Shown here piece by piece: positions 16,779-27,400 of a stretch of DNA of 64,000 nt. Position 1 is the first letter of the stretch. Each line of letters starts with the position of its first letter. The translations under genes were made by a program, and so were the position numbers. The DNA comes from Eubacteriales bacterium (GTDB lineage: Bacteria > Bacillota > Clostridia > Oscillospirales > CAG-382). The DNA lies in NCBI GenBank assembly GCA_045537905.1, contig JAZSQJ010000038.1:2806-66805 (forward strand). The letters run 5' to 3'. The notes beneath the pieces are model-generated. The model had not been told where the DNA came from and did no database searches. It saw only the letters and a list, made by a program, of their open reading frames with translations.

Positions 16779-18854
16779 ATGAAAAAAATAACATCTTTTA
16801 TACTTGCGGCGTTGATGTGCCTTGGCTGCCTTGCCGCATTTTCCCAAGCGGCAAGTGCTTACGATTGGGGCTGGATAAGCAGCGTTGTAAAATGGAATCT
16901 GTACGATAACGGCTTGCTTAACTTTTCAGGCACCGGGCTGGCATACTTCGGCTACTACGGGGTACAAAGCCAATACTTTGAAAAAATAACGGAGATAACC
17001 TTAAGCGAGGGTATTACGGGCATAATCTTCGAAGGCGAAAATATGCCCAACCTTACTAAAATAACCCTGTCCTCCACCTGTACACGGGTGGACGGCACCC
17101 CCTATAACAGCTCCAAGCTGGAAAAATATGTGGTTCCCTCGGGCAACATCGCATACAAGTCGAAGGACGGCGTGCTGTATGAGCGCTGCAAGAAAGAAAA
17201 CGGCACCTACAGCAGCACCTACAGCTTAAAGCACTATCCTGCAGGCAAAACTGCGGAAAAATACACTATGGAAAGCAACACAACCGCCACAGGTGACCAT
17301 TCCTTCCGCAACAACAAGCACTTAAAGCAGCTTGTGTTTGCCGACACGGTAACCGCCATAGGCACCTCCGCCTTGGAGGGCTGTACAGCGCTTGCTAAGG
17401 TAGAGCTTCCCTTGTCTTTGGAAACAATGGGTGACCACGCCTTTATGGGCTGCAGCGCCTTGACCTCTGTGGCAATAATGGGGCGCATCAACAGGCTGGG
17501 CAGAGGTGCGTTTATGGACTGTACCGCACTTACAACCGTAAGCTTTCCCGCAACTCTGCAGCATTTGAACAGCGGCTGCTTTGCAAGCTGCATTTCTATT
17601 AAAAAGCTGGACCTTAAAAACATAAAAAGCATAGGCATAAACGGGCTATACGACTGTAGGTCGCTGGAGGAGCTTCATATCCCTGCAGGGCTTGCCTTTC
17701 ATTCCGATTACGAGGACGGCGATGCCACCTTGTACGATGCTTTTTTAGGAAACAACTACAAGCTTAAAAGCATAAGCGTGGACAGTGCAAATCCACACTA
17801 TTCCGCAACGGACGGAGTGCTGTATTCCAAGGACAAAAAGACCCTCTATTCCTATCCCGCGGGTAGACCTGATAAGGAATACACTATGCTAAGCACCACC
17901 GAGGAAATCCACGACCGTGCGTTTTCCGGTGCAAAAAATCTGGAAACCTTGAACTTTTACGGCAACAGAATACACAGATATGTATTTGAGGGCTGTGACT
18001 CAATAAAAAAGCTGGTTATAAAGGGCAGACAGATACCTTTTTCCGCAGAGTTTACCTTGCCCAATCTGGAAACGCTGGTGCTTCCCGATACCCTTAGCGG
18101 TACCTTTGTACTGGATTCGTTCTTTTATTGCCCCAAGCTGCCTGCGGAGATAGTTTTGCCCTCGGGCGTTCTGTGCGTGCAGCACGTGGACTTTGGCACG
18201 CCTTCCTCTTCCCCTATCAAAACAGTTTACATCTTCAAAACAAAAGAGGTTTTTGAAAACGGCGAGACTGTCAGCCACACTTGGCACTGTATGAAAAACT
18301 ACAAGGAGGAGCTGTCACGTGTAGGTATAGACCTTATAAGGCTGGACGAAAGCGGTAAATGCGGCGAAAACGCCGAATTTACGCTGGATAAAAACGGAAG
18401 GCTGGTTATTACCGGCACAGGCACCGTAGACAGCTTTCCTTGGAGCGAATATCCCCAATTTATAAAAGAAGTAGTGGTAAGCGAAGGAATAAGCGGCATA
18501 GGAGCAAACGCTTTTGCCGACTGTGCTATGGAAATGATTGTTCTGCCTTCTACGCTTACAGAGATAGGGGAGTCTGCTTTTAAGGGGTGTGATAGCCTTA
18601 AGACTGTGATAGACTATACCGTATCTCTCACCGTAGCAGAGGATAATGCTCCTATTGAATCCGCCCAACACGTACGCATGGAAAAGGGTGATGTAAACGA
18701 GGATGGCAAAATCAACAACCTCGACGCCGCAACGGTGCTTAAATATGACGCAGGCATAATACAAACCTTTACTAAAGGCGACGTGAACGGTGACGGCAAA
18801 ATCAACAACCTTGACGCAACTTTAATACTTAAATACGATGCAGGCTTAATATAG
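16779..18854 (+). CDS. Secreted BspA-type leucine-rich-repeat protein with C-terminal dockerin
   Basis: Signal peptide present. LRR_5-type repeats (IGTSALEGCTALAKVELPLSLETMGDHAFMGCSALTSVAI etc.). Dockerin: GDVNEDGKINNLDAATVLKYDAG..GDVNGDGKINNLDATLILKYDAGLI. Confidence 0.9.
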   Translation: MKKITSFILAALMCLGCLAAFSQAASAYDWGWISSVVKWNLYDNGLLNFSGTGLAYFGYYGVQSQYFEKITEITLSEGITGIIFEGENMPNLTKITLSSTCTRVDGTPYNSSKLEKYVVPSGNIAYKSKDGVLYERCKKENGTYSSTYSLKHYPAGKTAEKYTMESNTTATGDHSFRNNKHLKQLVFADTVTAIGTSALEGCTALAKVELPLSLETMGDHAFMGCSALTSVAIMGRINRLGRGAFMDCTALTTVSFPATLQHLNSGCFASCISIKKLDLKNIKSIGINGLYDCRSLEELHIPAGLAFHSDYEDGDATLYDAFLGNNYKLKSISVDSANPHYSATDGVLYSKDKKTLYSYPAGRPDKEYTMLSTTEEIHDRAFSGAKNLETLNFYGNRIHRYVFEGCDSIKKLVIKGRQIPFSAEFTLPNLETLVLPDTLSGTFVLDSFFYCPKLPAEIVLPSGVLCVQHVDFGTPSSSPIKTVYIFKTKEVFENGETVSHTWHCMKNYKEELSRVGIDLIRLDESGKCGENAEFTLDKNGRLVITGTGTVDSFPWSEYPQFIKEVVVSEGISGIGANAFADCAMEMIVLPSTLTEIGESAFKGCDSLKTVIDYTVSLTVAEDNAPIESAQHVRMEKGDVNEDGKINNLDAATVLKYDAGIIQTFTKGDVNGDGKINNLDATLILKYDAGLI

Positions 18855-18908
18855 TCTGATTAAAAAATAACGTTTACACATTTTCGATAGACAGGAGGTT
18901 ACGTAATA

Positions 18909-20975
18909 ATGAAGAGGATTTTTACTATAGCTATATCCTTATTGCTTGCGGCTTGTTTTACCCTTACGCCTGCTTTTGCAGAGGGGGCTTTAAGCATAGC
19001 CGAGGAAACCGACAACACCGCATCCGGTGATGTCAACGGTGATGGCGTTAGTGATAACAGGGATGCTGCTACGGTGCTTAAATACGATGCAGGGCTTATT
19101 AACGAAGATGACCTTGCACTTTCCGAGGGCGACATAAATGCAGACGGTATTACTAATAACATAGACGCCTCCCATATACTAAAGTATGATGCAGGCTTGG
19201 TAAGCGAATACAAATACTGTATCCCTACTATGGACAATCTTTCCTTTACCATTAACAGCACCCACACCGCATATACCGTGGGTTGCAGTGGAGGGCTTTA
19301 TGATGTGATTCCGTTGGTTGTATTCCCCTCAACGTACAACGGGCTTCCCGTTACCAGAGTTGGCGGCGTTGCAAGAAACGTAAAAGAAATATATATACCC
19401 GAAGGCGTTCTTGTCATAAACGACGATGCATTCAGGGAAAGTGATACTTTGGAAAAAATTAATATCCCCTCCAGCGTATTGTATATAGGTTCCAGGGTGC
19501 TTTATAACGTACCCAAGCTTAAGACGCTTGATTTCCGTGCAAGTAACCTGCTTGAATGCAAAGCAGACTTTTCTATGTTGCCCAGTGCGGTAAGAAGCAC
19601 CTATAACGGCGTGGATTATTTGGGCAACGCAAACAACAAATACCTGTACGCTGCCTACGCCTGCGATATAAAGGAGGCGGTGCTTCATCCCAATACCAAG
19701 GTTATAGGCTATCAAGCCTTCTCTTTTTCCTGGCTCACCCTTGAGACTGTAAAATTCAACAAGGGCTTAAGGGCTATATGCTCACACGCCTTCCAGGGCT
19801 GTGGCTTGATCAAAGATATAAACCTGCCCGAGGGACTTGTAAGCGTTATGGGCGGTGCCTTCAGCCACGCCGAGGAGGCTACCGTATCCCTCCCCAGCAG
19901 TGTTATGTACTTGGGTGTAGACCCGTTTAGCTCTACCTGTTATACCCGCTACAACGGATTTGATTATTTAGGTAACGAAAAAAATCCTTACCACGCACTC
20001 ATGCGCTTTAACATCCTTGATGCAACGGATGATTCAAAGCTTCATAAGGACACCAAGATAATTGCCGAGCTGGCTTGCTCGGCTACCAGCGGCCCTGTAA
20101 ATCTGCCTGAGGGGCTTTTGGTTATCGGCGGCGGTGCTTTTTCAAGCTATACCGTTACCTCCGGCAGTATAGCTATCCCCTCTACGGTTATATACATCGG
20201 CGGTTCGGCGTTTAACGGATGTAACTCCCGAGAGGACGTGGTTTTACCCAAAGGGCTCAAGCACCTGGGGGCTAACGCCTTTAACGGCTCTACGATAACC
20301 GGTATTGATATACGCTCAAATATAAAGTACATCTCCAAAGACGCTTTTGCAAATACCACTGCGCTTAAGAGAATAACGCTTCCCAAGGGGCTACGCTCCA
20401 TTGGTGACGGCGCTTTCAAGATAGACTATTCGGACGGATACCTTGCCAAGCAAATAACGATACCCGAGGGTGTTGAATACATAGGTAAAGAAGCCTTTGG
20501 ACGCAGATTCTACGAAAAAGGTGCCGCAGACACCCCCCTCGTTATACCCGACAGCGTTAAGGAGATGGGGATAGGTGCGTTTAACCTGATGGCTTACTAC
20601 GGCACCGACCAGGGCAACAAAGAAATAAAGCTCAGCGCCTCCTGCAAGGTTATTCCTCTTAACGCCTTTGAAGGTCACTCCATCACAAGCCTTACCGTTC
20701 CCGAGGGCGTCATTTCCATAGAGCAGGGTGCTTTTGAGGATAATATCTATCTTGAAAAGATATACGTTGGAAAATCCTTAAAGAAGCTGGGATGCGTAGC
20801 CTTTGCAAGGTGCAAAGAGCTTAAGGATATTTATTACAGCGGCACCAAGGCGGACTGGAACGCCATAGAAAAGTTTGACCAAGGCAACACCGGGTCTGAG
20901 TGGAATGCGTATTGTTCCGAAATAACGGTACACTGCGCTGACGGCAACTTAATAGTTCCCGCTTGGCAACAATAG
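18909..20975 (+). CDS. Secreted BspA-type leucine-rich-repeat protein with N-terminal dockerin
   Basis: Signal peptide present. The dockerin follows it directly (GDVNGDGVSDNRDAATVLKYDAG..GDINADGITNNIDASHILKYDAGLV, ~19026..19205), then LRR_5 repeats continue to the C-terminus. Confidence 0.9.
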   Translation: MKRIFTIAISLLLAACFTLTPAFAEGALSIAEETDNTASGDVNGDGVSDNRDAATVLKYDAGLINEDDLALSEGDINADGITNNIDASHILKYDAGLVSEYKYCIPTMDNLSFTINSTHTAYTVGCSGGLYDVIPLVVFPSTYNGLPVTRVGGVARNVKEIYIPEGVLVINDDAFRESDTLEKINIPSSVLYIGSRVLYNVPKLKTLDFRASNLLECKADFSMLPSAVRSTYNGVDYLGNANNKYLYAAYACDIKEAVLHPNTKVIGYQAFSFSWLTLETVKFNKGLRAICSHAFQGCGLIKDINLPEGLVSVMGGAFSHAEEATVSLPSSVMYLGVDPFSSTCYTRYNGFDYLGNEKNPYHALMRFNILDATDDSKLHKDTKIIAELACSATSGPVNLPEGLLVIGGGAFSSYTVTSGSIAIPSTVIYIGGSAFNGCNSREDVVLPKGLKHLGANAFNGSTITGIDIRSNIKYISKDAFANTTALKRITLPKGLRSIGDGAFKIDYSDGYLAKQITIPEGVEYIGKEAFGRRFYEKGAADTPLVIPDSVKEMGIGAFNLMAYYGTDQGNKEIKLSASCKVIPLNAFEGHSITSLTVPEGVISIEQGAFEDNIYLEKIYVGKSLKKLGCVAFARCKELKDIYYSGTKADWNAIEKFDQGNTGSEWNAYCSEITVHCADGNLIVPAWQQ

Positions 20976-21125
20976 CGCTGTTTAATAAAAACCGTTGGAG
21001 AGGAAAAAGTACAGACAAGACGAACCGAGGCGAAAACTGTAATACCACCCCACAAAAATACATTTTTTGCGGGTACCCCGATAGTACTGCGAGCCGAGGT
21101 TCGTTTTGAACTAAAAAACAAATAT

Positions 21126-21168
21126 AATGCAGAAAATTCAGGGAAATTTTCCCTGAATTTTCTGCATT
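21126..21168. terminator. 43-nt perfect palindrome; probable terminator or protein-binding site
   Basis: AATGCAGAAAATTCAGGGAAA t TTTCCCTGAATTTTCTGCATT. There is no T-run on the plus side. The A-run upstream would read as a T-run on the minus strand. Confidence 0.45.
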
Positions 21169-21363
21169 AGTATGAGTATATTTTATTCTTTTTCGTGCTC
21201 TGTGCCTTTGTCAGCGGTCTGAGGTTCCGCTTACAGGCACGAGGGGGTTATAAGGCAAAACGGCGCCGCCTTAAATGATAAGGACGTTTTTAGTTAAAAT
21301 GCCGAAAAATTGTATATATACGCTCGTTTAGGCACTATTTATAGAATTTAATTACAAAAAAGC

Positions 21364-21377
21364 TGTGCATTTGCACA
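21364..21377. promoter_or_regulatory. Candidate operator TGTGCA-tt-TGCACA upstream of the giant-protein promoter
   Basis: Perfect inverted repeat 17 nt upstream of the -35. A third TGTGCA half-site lies at 21405..21410 inside the promoter spacer. Confidence 0.35.
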
Positions 21378-21394
21378 AAAAACACGAAAAAGTA

Positions 21395-21423
21395 TTGACC
21401 TTTTTGTGCAAATGGAGTATAAT
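21395..21423 (+). promoter_or_regulatory. Sigma-A-type promoter of the giant surface-protein gene
   Basis: TTGACC (21395..21400), 17 nt, TATAAT (21418..21423). Confidence 0.6.
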
Positions 21424-21488
21424 TAATCTGTTAAAGTATCAACAATGGTATAGCTGTCTCATCCTTTAGGGGAATGGAGGAATATATA

Positions 21489-24400
21489 ATGAAAAAAACG
21501 AGATTTACTGCAATATTTTTGTGCCTTACAACGCTGTTTGCACTCTTTACAGGGGGCGTTTATGCACAAAACGGCGAAAGCGTATATATTGAAGAAACCA
21601 CCCTCGTAATAAAGGACGGCAAGGTCATAAGCGGCGACAAAAGCCTTATCGACAGCGGGATTGTTGTTATAGGTGACGACGCTTCGGAGGGAGCTCCCTC
21701 CGCCGACGAGGTGCTTTCCGCCGATACGGAGGATGGCTCTGCCCAAGCTTCCCCCACCGAAGATAGCTTTACGGAAGAAACAGAAGAAGCCGATAAGGAA
21801 AGTGCAAGAGCCCCCGTAAAGGATAACTCTGCCGTTGTGGGTGCCGTAGACAAGGATGAAGCTGACAATGCTGCTGATACAATCGTTACCCCTCCCGACA
21901 TCGCCCCTAATGCGATCAATCCCGATGTGCCCACTATAAGTGCGAAGGATTATAGATATCTTGGGGCAGGAAACTATTGCTTGGGTTATGATACGGATAT
22001 ACTAAGCGATTTCGGCACGCTTTATTGGAGCCCGCTTTTGCTTGCCGAGGTGCAGATGGTCAAGCATCCTGAAGATCCCAATTTGGCAATGATTAATTAT
22101 CAAACAACAGATTATTATTCCGGCGACGGCGGCCCTGTCACAATATGCAGGGATAGGCAAACTGGTTATACCGGTATGATGTTTGACGTTGAGGCGAACA
22201 AAACTTTTAAGCTTACAGGCACCAGCACTAATAAAATTACCGTTTCCGCAAAATCTAACGCCCGGTCAAGTACGATCAGTTTAAGCACTGTCAATGCTTC
22301 TGTCCCTATGTTTCGTGTTAAGGGTACGAATGCTGTTTTGGAGATGAATTACGTCATAATTCAAGACTCAAGAAGCTCTGGTAACGGTGCGGGTATTTAT
22401 GTTGGTGCAAGCGGCCACGCAAAGTTGACTAACTGTACTATAAACGATTGCGACACTACGGCAAACGGCGGTGCTATATACGTTGAAAACGGTGGCAGAC
22501 TTACGTTAAACGCCGTTACGATACAAAATTGCAACGCTGCAAACGGCGGTGCTATATATTTAGCAGGCAGTGCAACTCTTAGCTTTACCAACGTAAAAAT
22601 AATAAAAAACAGTGCTACTAACGGCGGCGGTATGTATATTAACAACGGCTTTTCCGCCACCGTCAGTGATACAGACGACCTTGTTATAGGCGGCTCCGAT
22701 GCCAATAAAAACACCGCCACCAAGGGCGGCGGCGTATACGTTAATTCCGGTACCGTTACCTTAAACAACGTTCAGGTGACCTACAACACCGCCAGCGTTG
22801 AAAATGGAAGCGGCGGCGGTATGTATATAGCCGGCGGTAACGTTACGGTAAACGGCTCGTCAAAGATAAATAATAATACCGCCTATAATCACGGCGGCGC
22901 CATACGTGTTGCCGGCGGCAGCTTAACCGTTTCCGGCAACAGTCAGGTGAATAACAATAAGTTAGAACAATATGTTGAGCCTGCAACTGTAAATCTTTCC
23001 TCCGGAGCAAAGTACAAAGGCGTCGGGAACATTTTTACAAGTAATGGTTATGGCGAAAATGGTACATGGACGTCGTATCATACCAACGGTCGTTTGGTTG
23101 ATGGGAATGCAAAGTTTTACGCAAGTACGTGTGTATATTTCGGACAAGGATCTAACACTGCATATATTGTTTTTGACTACGGCGAAAACAAACCTATTAC
23201 TCTTACCAGCATTAAGATTTACATGTTTAATGGTAACGGTGTAAACAAAGCTATGTCTACAAGCATTTATTATCCAAATAGTATCGTTGCGTATTTAAGC
23301 GATTCAGAAGTTTATAGCAGTGTTACAGACAATGATAAGGTAGGCAATTTTACTCCTAACAATAGCACCGAAACAACGCTCGGCAGTGAAGGATTAAGCA
23401 ATTATTTTTTGAATCGCAAGGAATACACGTTAACCTCGTCAAGCGATAAAAGCGGCCGATATCTAATTTTGAAATTTAACAAGAACACAAGTTGGTTATT
23501 TTGCTCAGATATTGAAATCAATGGCTATTATACGCCCAAACCTGTTGCTGCTACCACCTACGGCGGCGGTATATACAACGAGGGACAGGCGACTGTCAGC
23601 AACGGTACCGTAAGTGCCAACACCGCTACCTACGGCGGCGGCGTATACAATACGGGCTCCCTTGGCATATCCGGCGGTACCATCGGTAGCAACGTTAATT
23701 CTACTCAAGGCGGCGGCGTATACAATACGGGCAGCGTTACCATGTCCGGAGGTACCATAAGCAATAATACCGTAACAGCCCACGGCGGGGGAGTAAGAAT
23801 AGACGACGGCGCTTCCTTCGTTATGACAGGCGGTACCATAAGCGGTAACAAGGCAGGCACGGGCGGATACGGCGGCGCTATTCACAGCGGTACGGGCGCA
23901 GTCTTTAGTATGTCCGACGGCACTATAAGTGGCAACCAGGCGAATGTCGGCGCAGGTATAGCGACCGGCGGCAGTACCATTACCTTGTCCGGCGGTACCG
24001 TAACCGGCAATACCGCAACCCTCAACGGCGGCGGCGTGTATCTTAATACCAACAGCCACGTAACCCTAAGCGGCGCTACCGTTAGTTCAAATACCGCAAA
24101 CAGCACCACGGAAGGCGGCGGCGGCTTTTGGGTTCACGGCGGCACTCTGACTGTAAGCAGCGGAACCGTAACGGGTAACACGGGCTTTATGGGCGGCGGT
24201 ATATATGCCGTTGAAAATAACGCTGTAAGAGGCACTTTGGAAATAACCGGCGGCACTATCAGTAATAACAACGCAACCTGTGGCGGCGACGGCGGTGGCG
24301 GCGGTATATACGCAAGGCAAAGCGACGTTACCATTGGCGCAAAGGGCTCTACAGTGGGTCCCGCTATAACAGGCAACGGCGGTAACAGAGGTAGCCTTAG

Positions 24401-27400
24401 CACGGCGGCGTATGACGGCGGTGCAATTTACTGCACCGGCTCTGATATAACTATAAACAGTGGCGAAATTACCAACAACCGAGGTGCTCATAGTGCCCTG
24501 TATTTTGTCGGTACCGTGCAAGCTACGATGAACGGCGGTAAAATAAGCAACAATTCTGACGGCGGAGTGTTTCTTAACGGCGTTAACGTTGATTTTATAA
24601 TGAACGGCGGCGAAATATCAGGTAACACCTTAGGTAAAACAGGGTTATCCCACGGCAGTCAAAACTATGGCGGTGCGGGTATTTGTTCCTACAACGGCGC
24701 AGACGTAACAATAAACGGCGGTAAAATCTCGGGTAACACAAATTATAAAAGCAGTGATATCACAACAGAGGATTTTGATTCCATCAAAAACGGCGGCGGC
24801 ATCGCTATGATAAGAAAAACCACAAGTAATCCCGTTGGCATCCTTGCCGTAACCGGCGGCGAGATAAGCGGTAACGAATCGGTTAACGGCAACGGCGGCG
24901 GCATTTACGTGGAGGAGGGCGGCACCCTTAATATCAATGCGGCGGCAGGTAAGACTGCAACCGTCAGCGGTAACGAGGCTGTATTCGGCGGCGGTGTTTA
25001 TATAAACGGCACGGGTGCTGATACCAAGCTTTATATAAACGGTGCGGGCGTAAGCGGGAACAGTGCGACTGCAGGCGGCGGTGGCGGTATATATATGTAC
25101 AGCTGTAAGGGTATAGATACTACTGCCATTACCGTAACCAACTCCGTTTTTGACGATAACCACGCCAAAGGAGAAGGCTATGACGGCGGCGGCATTTATT
25201 GCTCTTATGCTGACCTTGATCTGTCTAACTCTGTGATAAGCGACAACACTGCTACAGAGGGCAAGGGCGGTAAAAACGGTGGCGGTGTTTATTTCGATAG
25301 AGAATACACGCTGACTGTTAACGGTTGTCAATTCAACGGCAACCAAGCCTACGGCTGGGGTGGCGGTATGTATTTGTGTAATAAGGCAGAAGGCACGGTA
25401 AGAGATTGCACCTTTGACGGAAACGTTGCCCGCCAATTCGGCGGTGCTATACTCGTTTATAACACGGTGGATCTAAGCGTAAGCAACTCTTACTTCGGCA
25501 ATAACAAGGCGTATATCGAGGGCGAAACCACTGAAACAGGCGGAAGCGGCGGTGCTATCGGTATTACGGATGATCCGGGTAGAAAAAGCACCTTAACCCT
25601 TTCTGATAGCTATATAGGCTACTTGCCGGTGCAGACTGCTTCCGGAGACGGTTCTCTGACTGTGGCTCCAAACGAAGCATATTACTGGGGCGGAGGCTTG
25701 TGCGTTAACGCTAATTGCGAGGCAACTATCAGCGGAAACCTTTACGTTTGCAACAACGAAGCGGGCAACAACGGCGGTGGTATGTTCTTTGCCAACGGTT
25801 CAACGATAAGCTTCGGTACCGGCACTTACACCGTAAGCAATAACAGTGCCGAGCAAGACGGAGGCGGCATATGGACAGCTACCGATTTAACGGTTTCCAA
25901 TCTTACCTTGGAAGGCAATAACGCAGCTCGCAACGGCGGCGGTATGTATGTAAGCGGTGATACAAATGCGGATATTTCATATACAAGCTTTGACAGCAAC
26001 CAAGCCACAAACGGCAGCGGCGGCGGTCTTGCTACAGCTGATACCGCAAGCGCTACCGCAGAGTACACCTTATTTGGCAAAAACCAAGCCGCAAACGGCG
26101 GCGGCGTTGCCGTATTGGGAGCAAGCTCCGTAGAGCTTATAAACAGCAAAGTGGGCTGTTTGCTGAAGGCGGATGCTGAGGATTTGGATGACGTAGATCC
26201 GGCTCCTAATTGTGCAACCACGCAAGGCGGCGGCATCTTCGTTGCGGAAGGAAGCACGGTAAGCTTTCACGGCAACGTACCTGTTTGCAATAACAGAGCA
26301 GGCTATGATGCAGGCTACATCCTCGTTTCAAACGGCGCAAAGGGCGGCGGTATGTACTTTGCTGCAGGCTCAACCGTTGTTTTTGGCGAGAGTGCTACGG
26401 ATATCGTTACAGTCAGCGATAATGTTGCCACAGAAGGCGGCGGCGGTATCTACACCGCGCAGAGCTTTGACGTTTACAACCTTATTATGACAAATAACAA
26501 AGCCGCAAGCGGCGGCGGTGTATACGTTGATAACGCCACCGTTAATATTGACAATACTGGCAGAGGCGAGACCTATCAGATAAGCCATAATGAGGCAACT
26601 AACGGCAACGGCGGCGGTATTCTCGTTACGGGTGAAAACGGCAGTCTTACCTTTAAGAACGGCTACGTGAAAGGTAACACGGCAAACGGCAGCTTTAACG
26701 GCGGAACTGCAAAGGTTGCATCTACTGAGGTGAACGGTACGGGTGGCGGCGTTGCCGTATTTGACGGCGGTAGCTTTGCGCTTACGGGCGGTGCCATCTA
26801 CGGTAACACTGCAAGCGTTGCAGGCAACGACGTCTTTGCCAACGGACTGGACACCAAGCTTACGCTTCCCGCTCCCAACGCTATGACCGTAAGTGACGAC
26901 AATTACAAAAACGGTCTGTGGTGGGAGGACTATATGGCAGGCGATACGAGCTATGCCAGCGGTCTTAACGGCGACAGCAGACTGGTAGACAGGTACGCAA
27001 AGCTCCCTGTTTCCGTAAGAGCTTATACCTCCACGGCAGAGGGACAGTCACCAAGCGGTCAGTATATCAATACCGACGGCGAGTTTGTAAGCATAACCTT
27101 TAACGTTAAAAAATACACCACGGGTAGTATTACCATAACGGCACCAACGGTTGCCGATAAATCACAGCTCTTTGTGTTTACCCTCGAGGGAGAGAGCAAT
27201 TACGGCGATAATATAAGCCTCAGCGTAAGCCTGGGACAGGGCGAGACTGTAACCGTTGCAGAGCTTCTTCCCGGTAACTACACCGTAAGCTTTGAGGGGG
27301 GCTGGTCCTGGCGTTACAGCCTGACAAGCACCAACCTGGACGGCGTAAGCAAGGGCACCGCAAAGTCCGTGGCGGTAACTATAGTGGGCGAGAACGTGGG

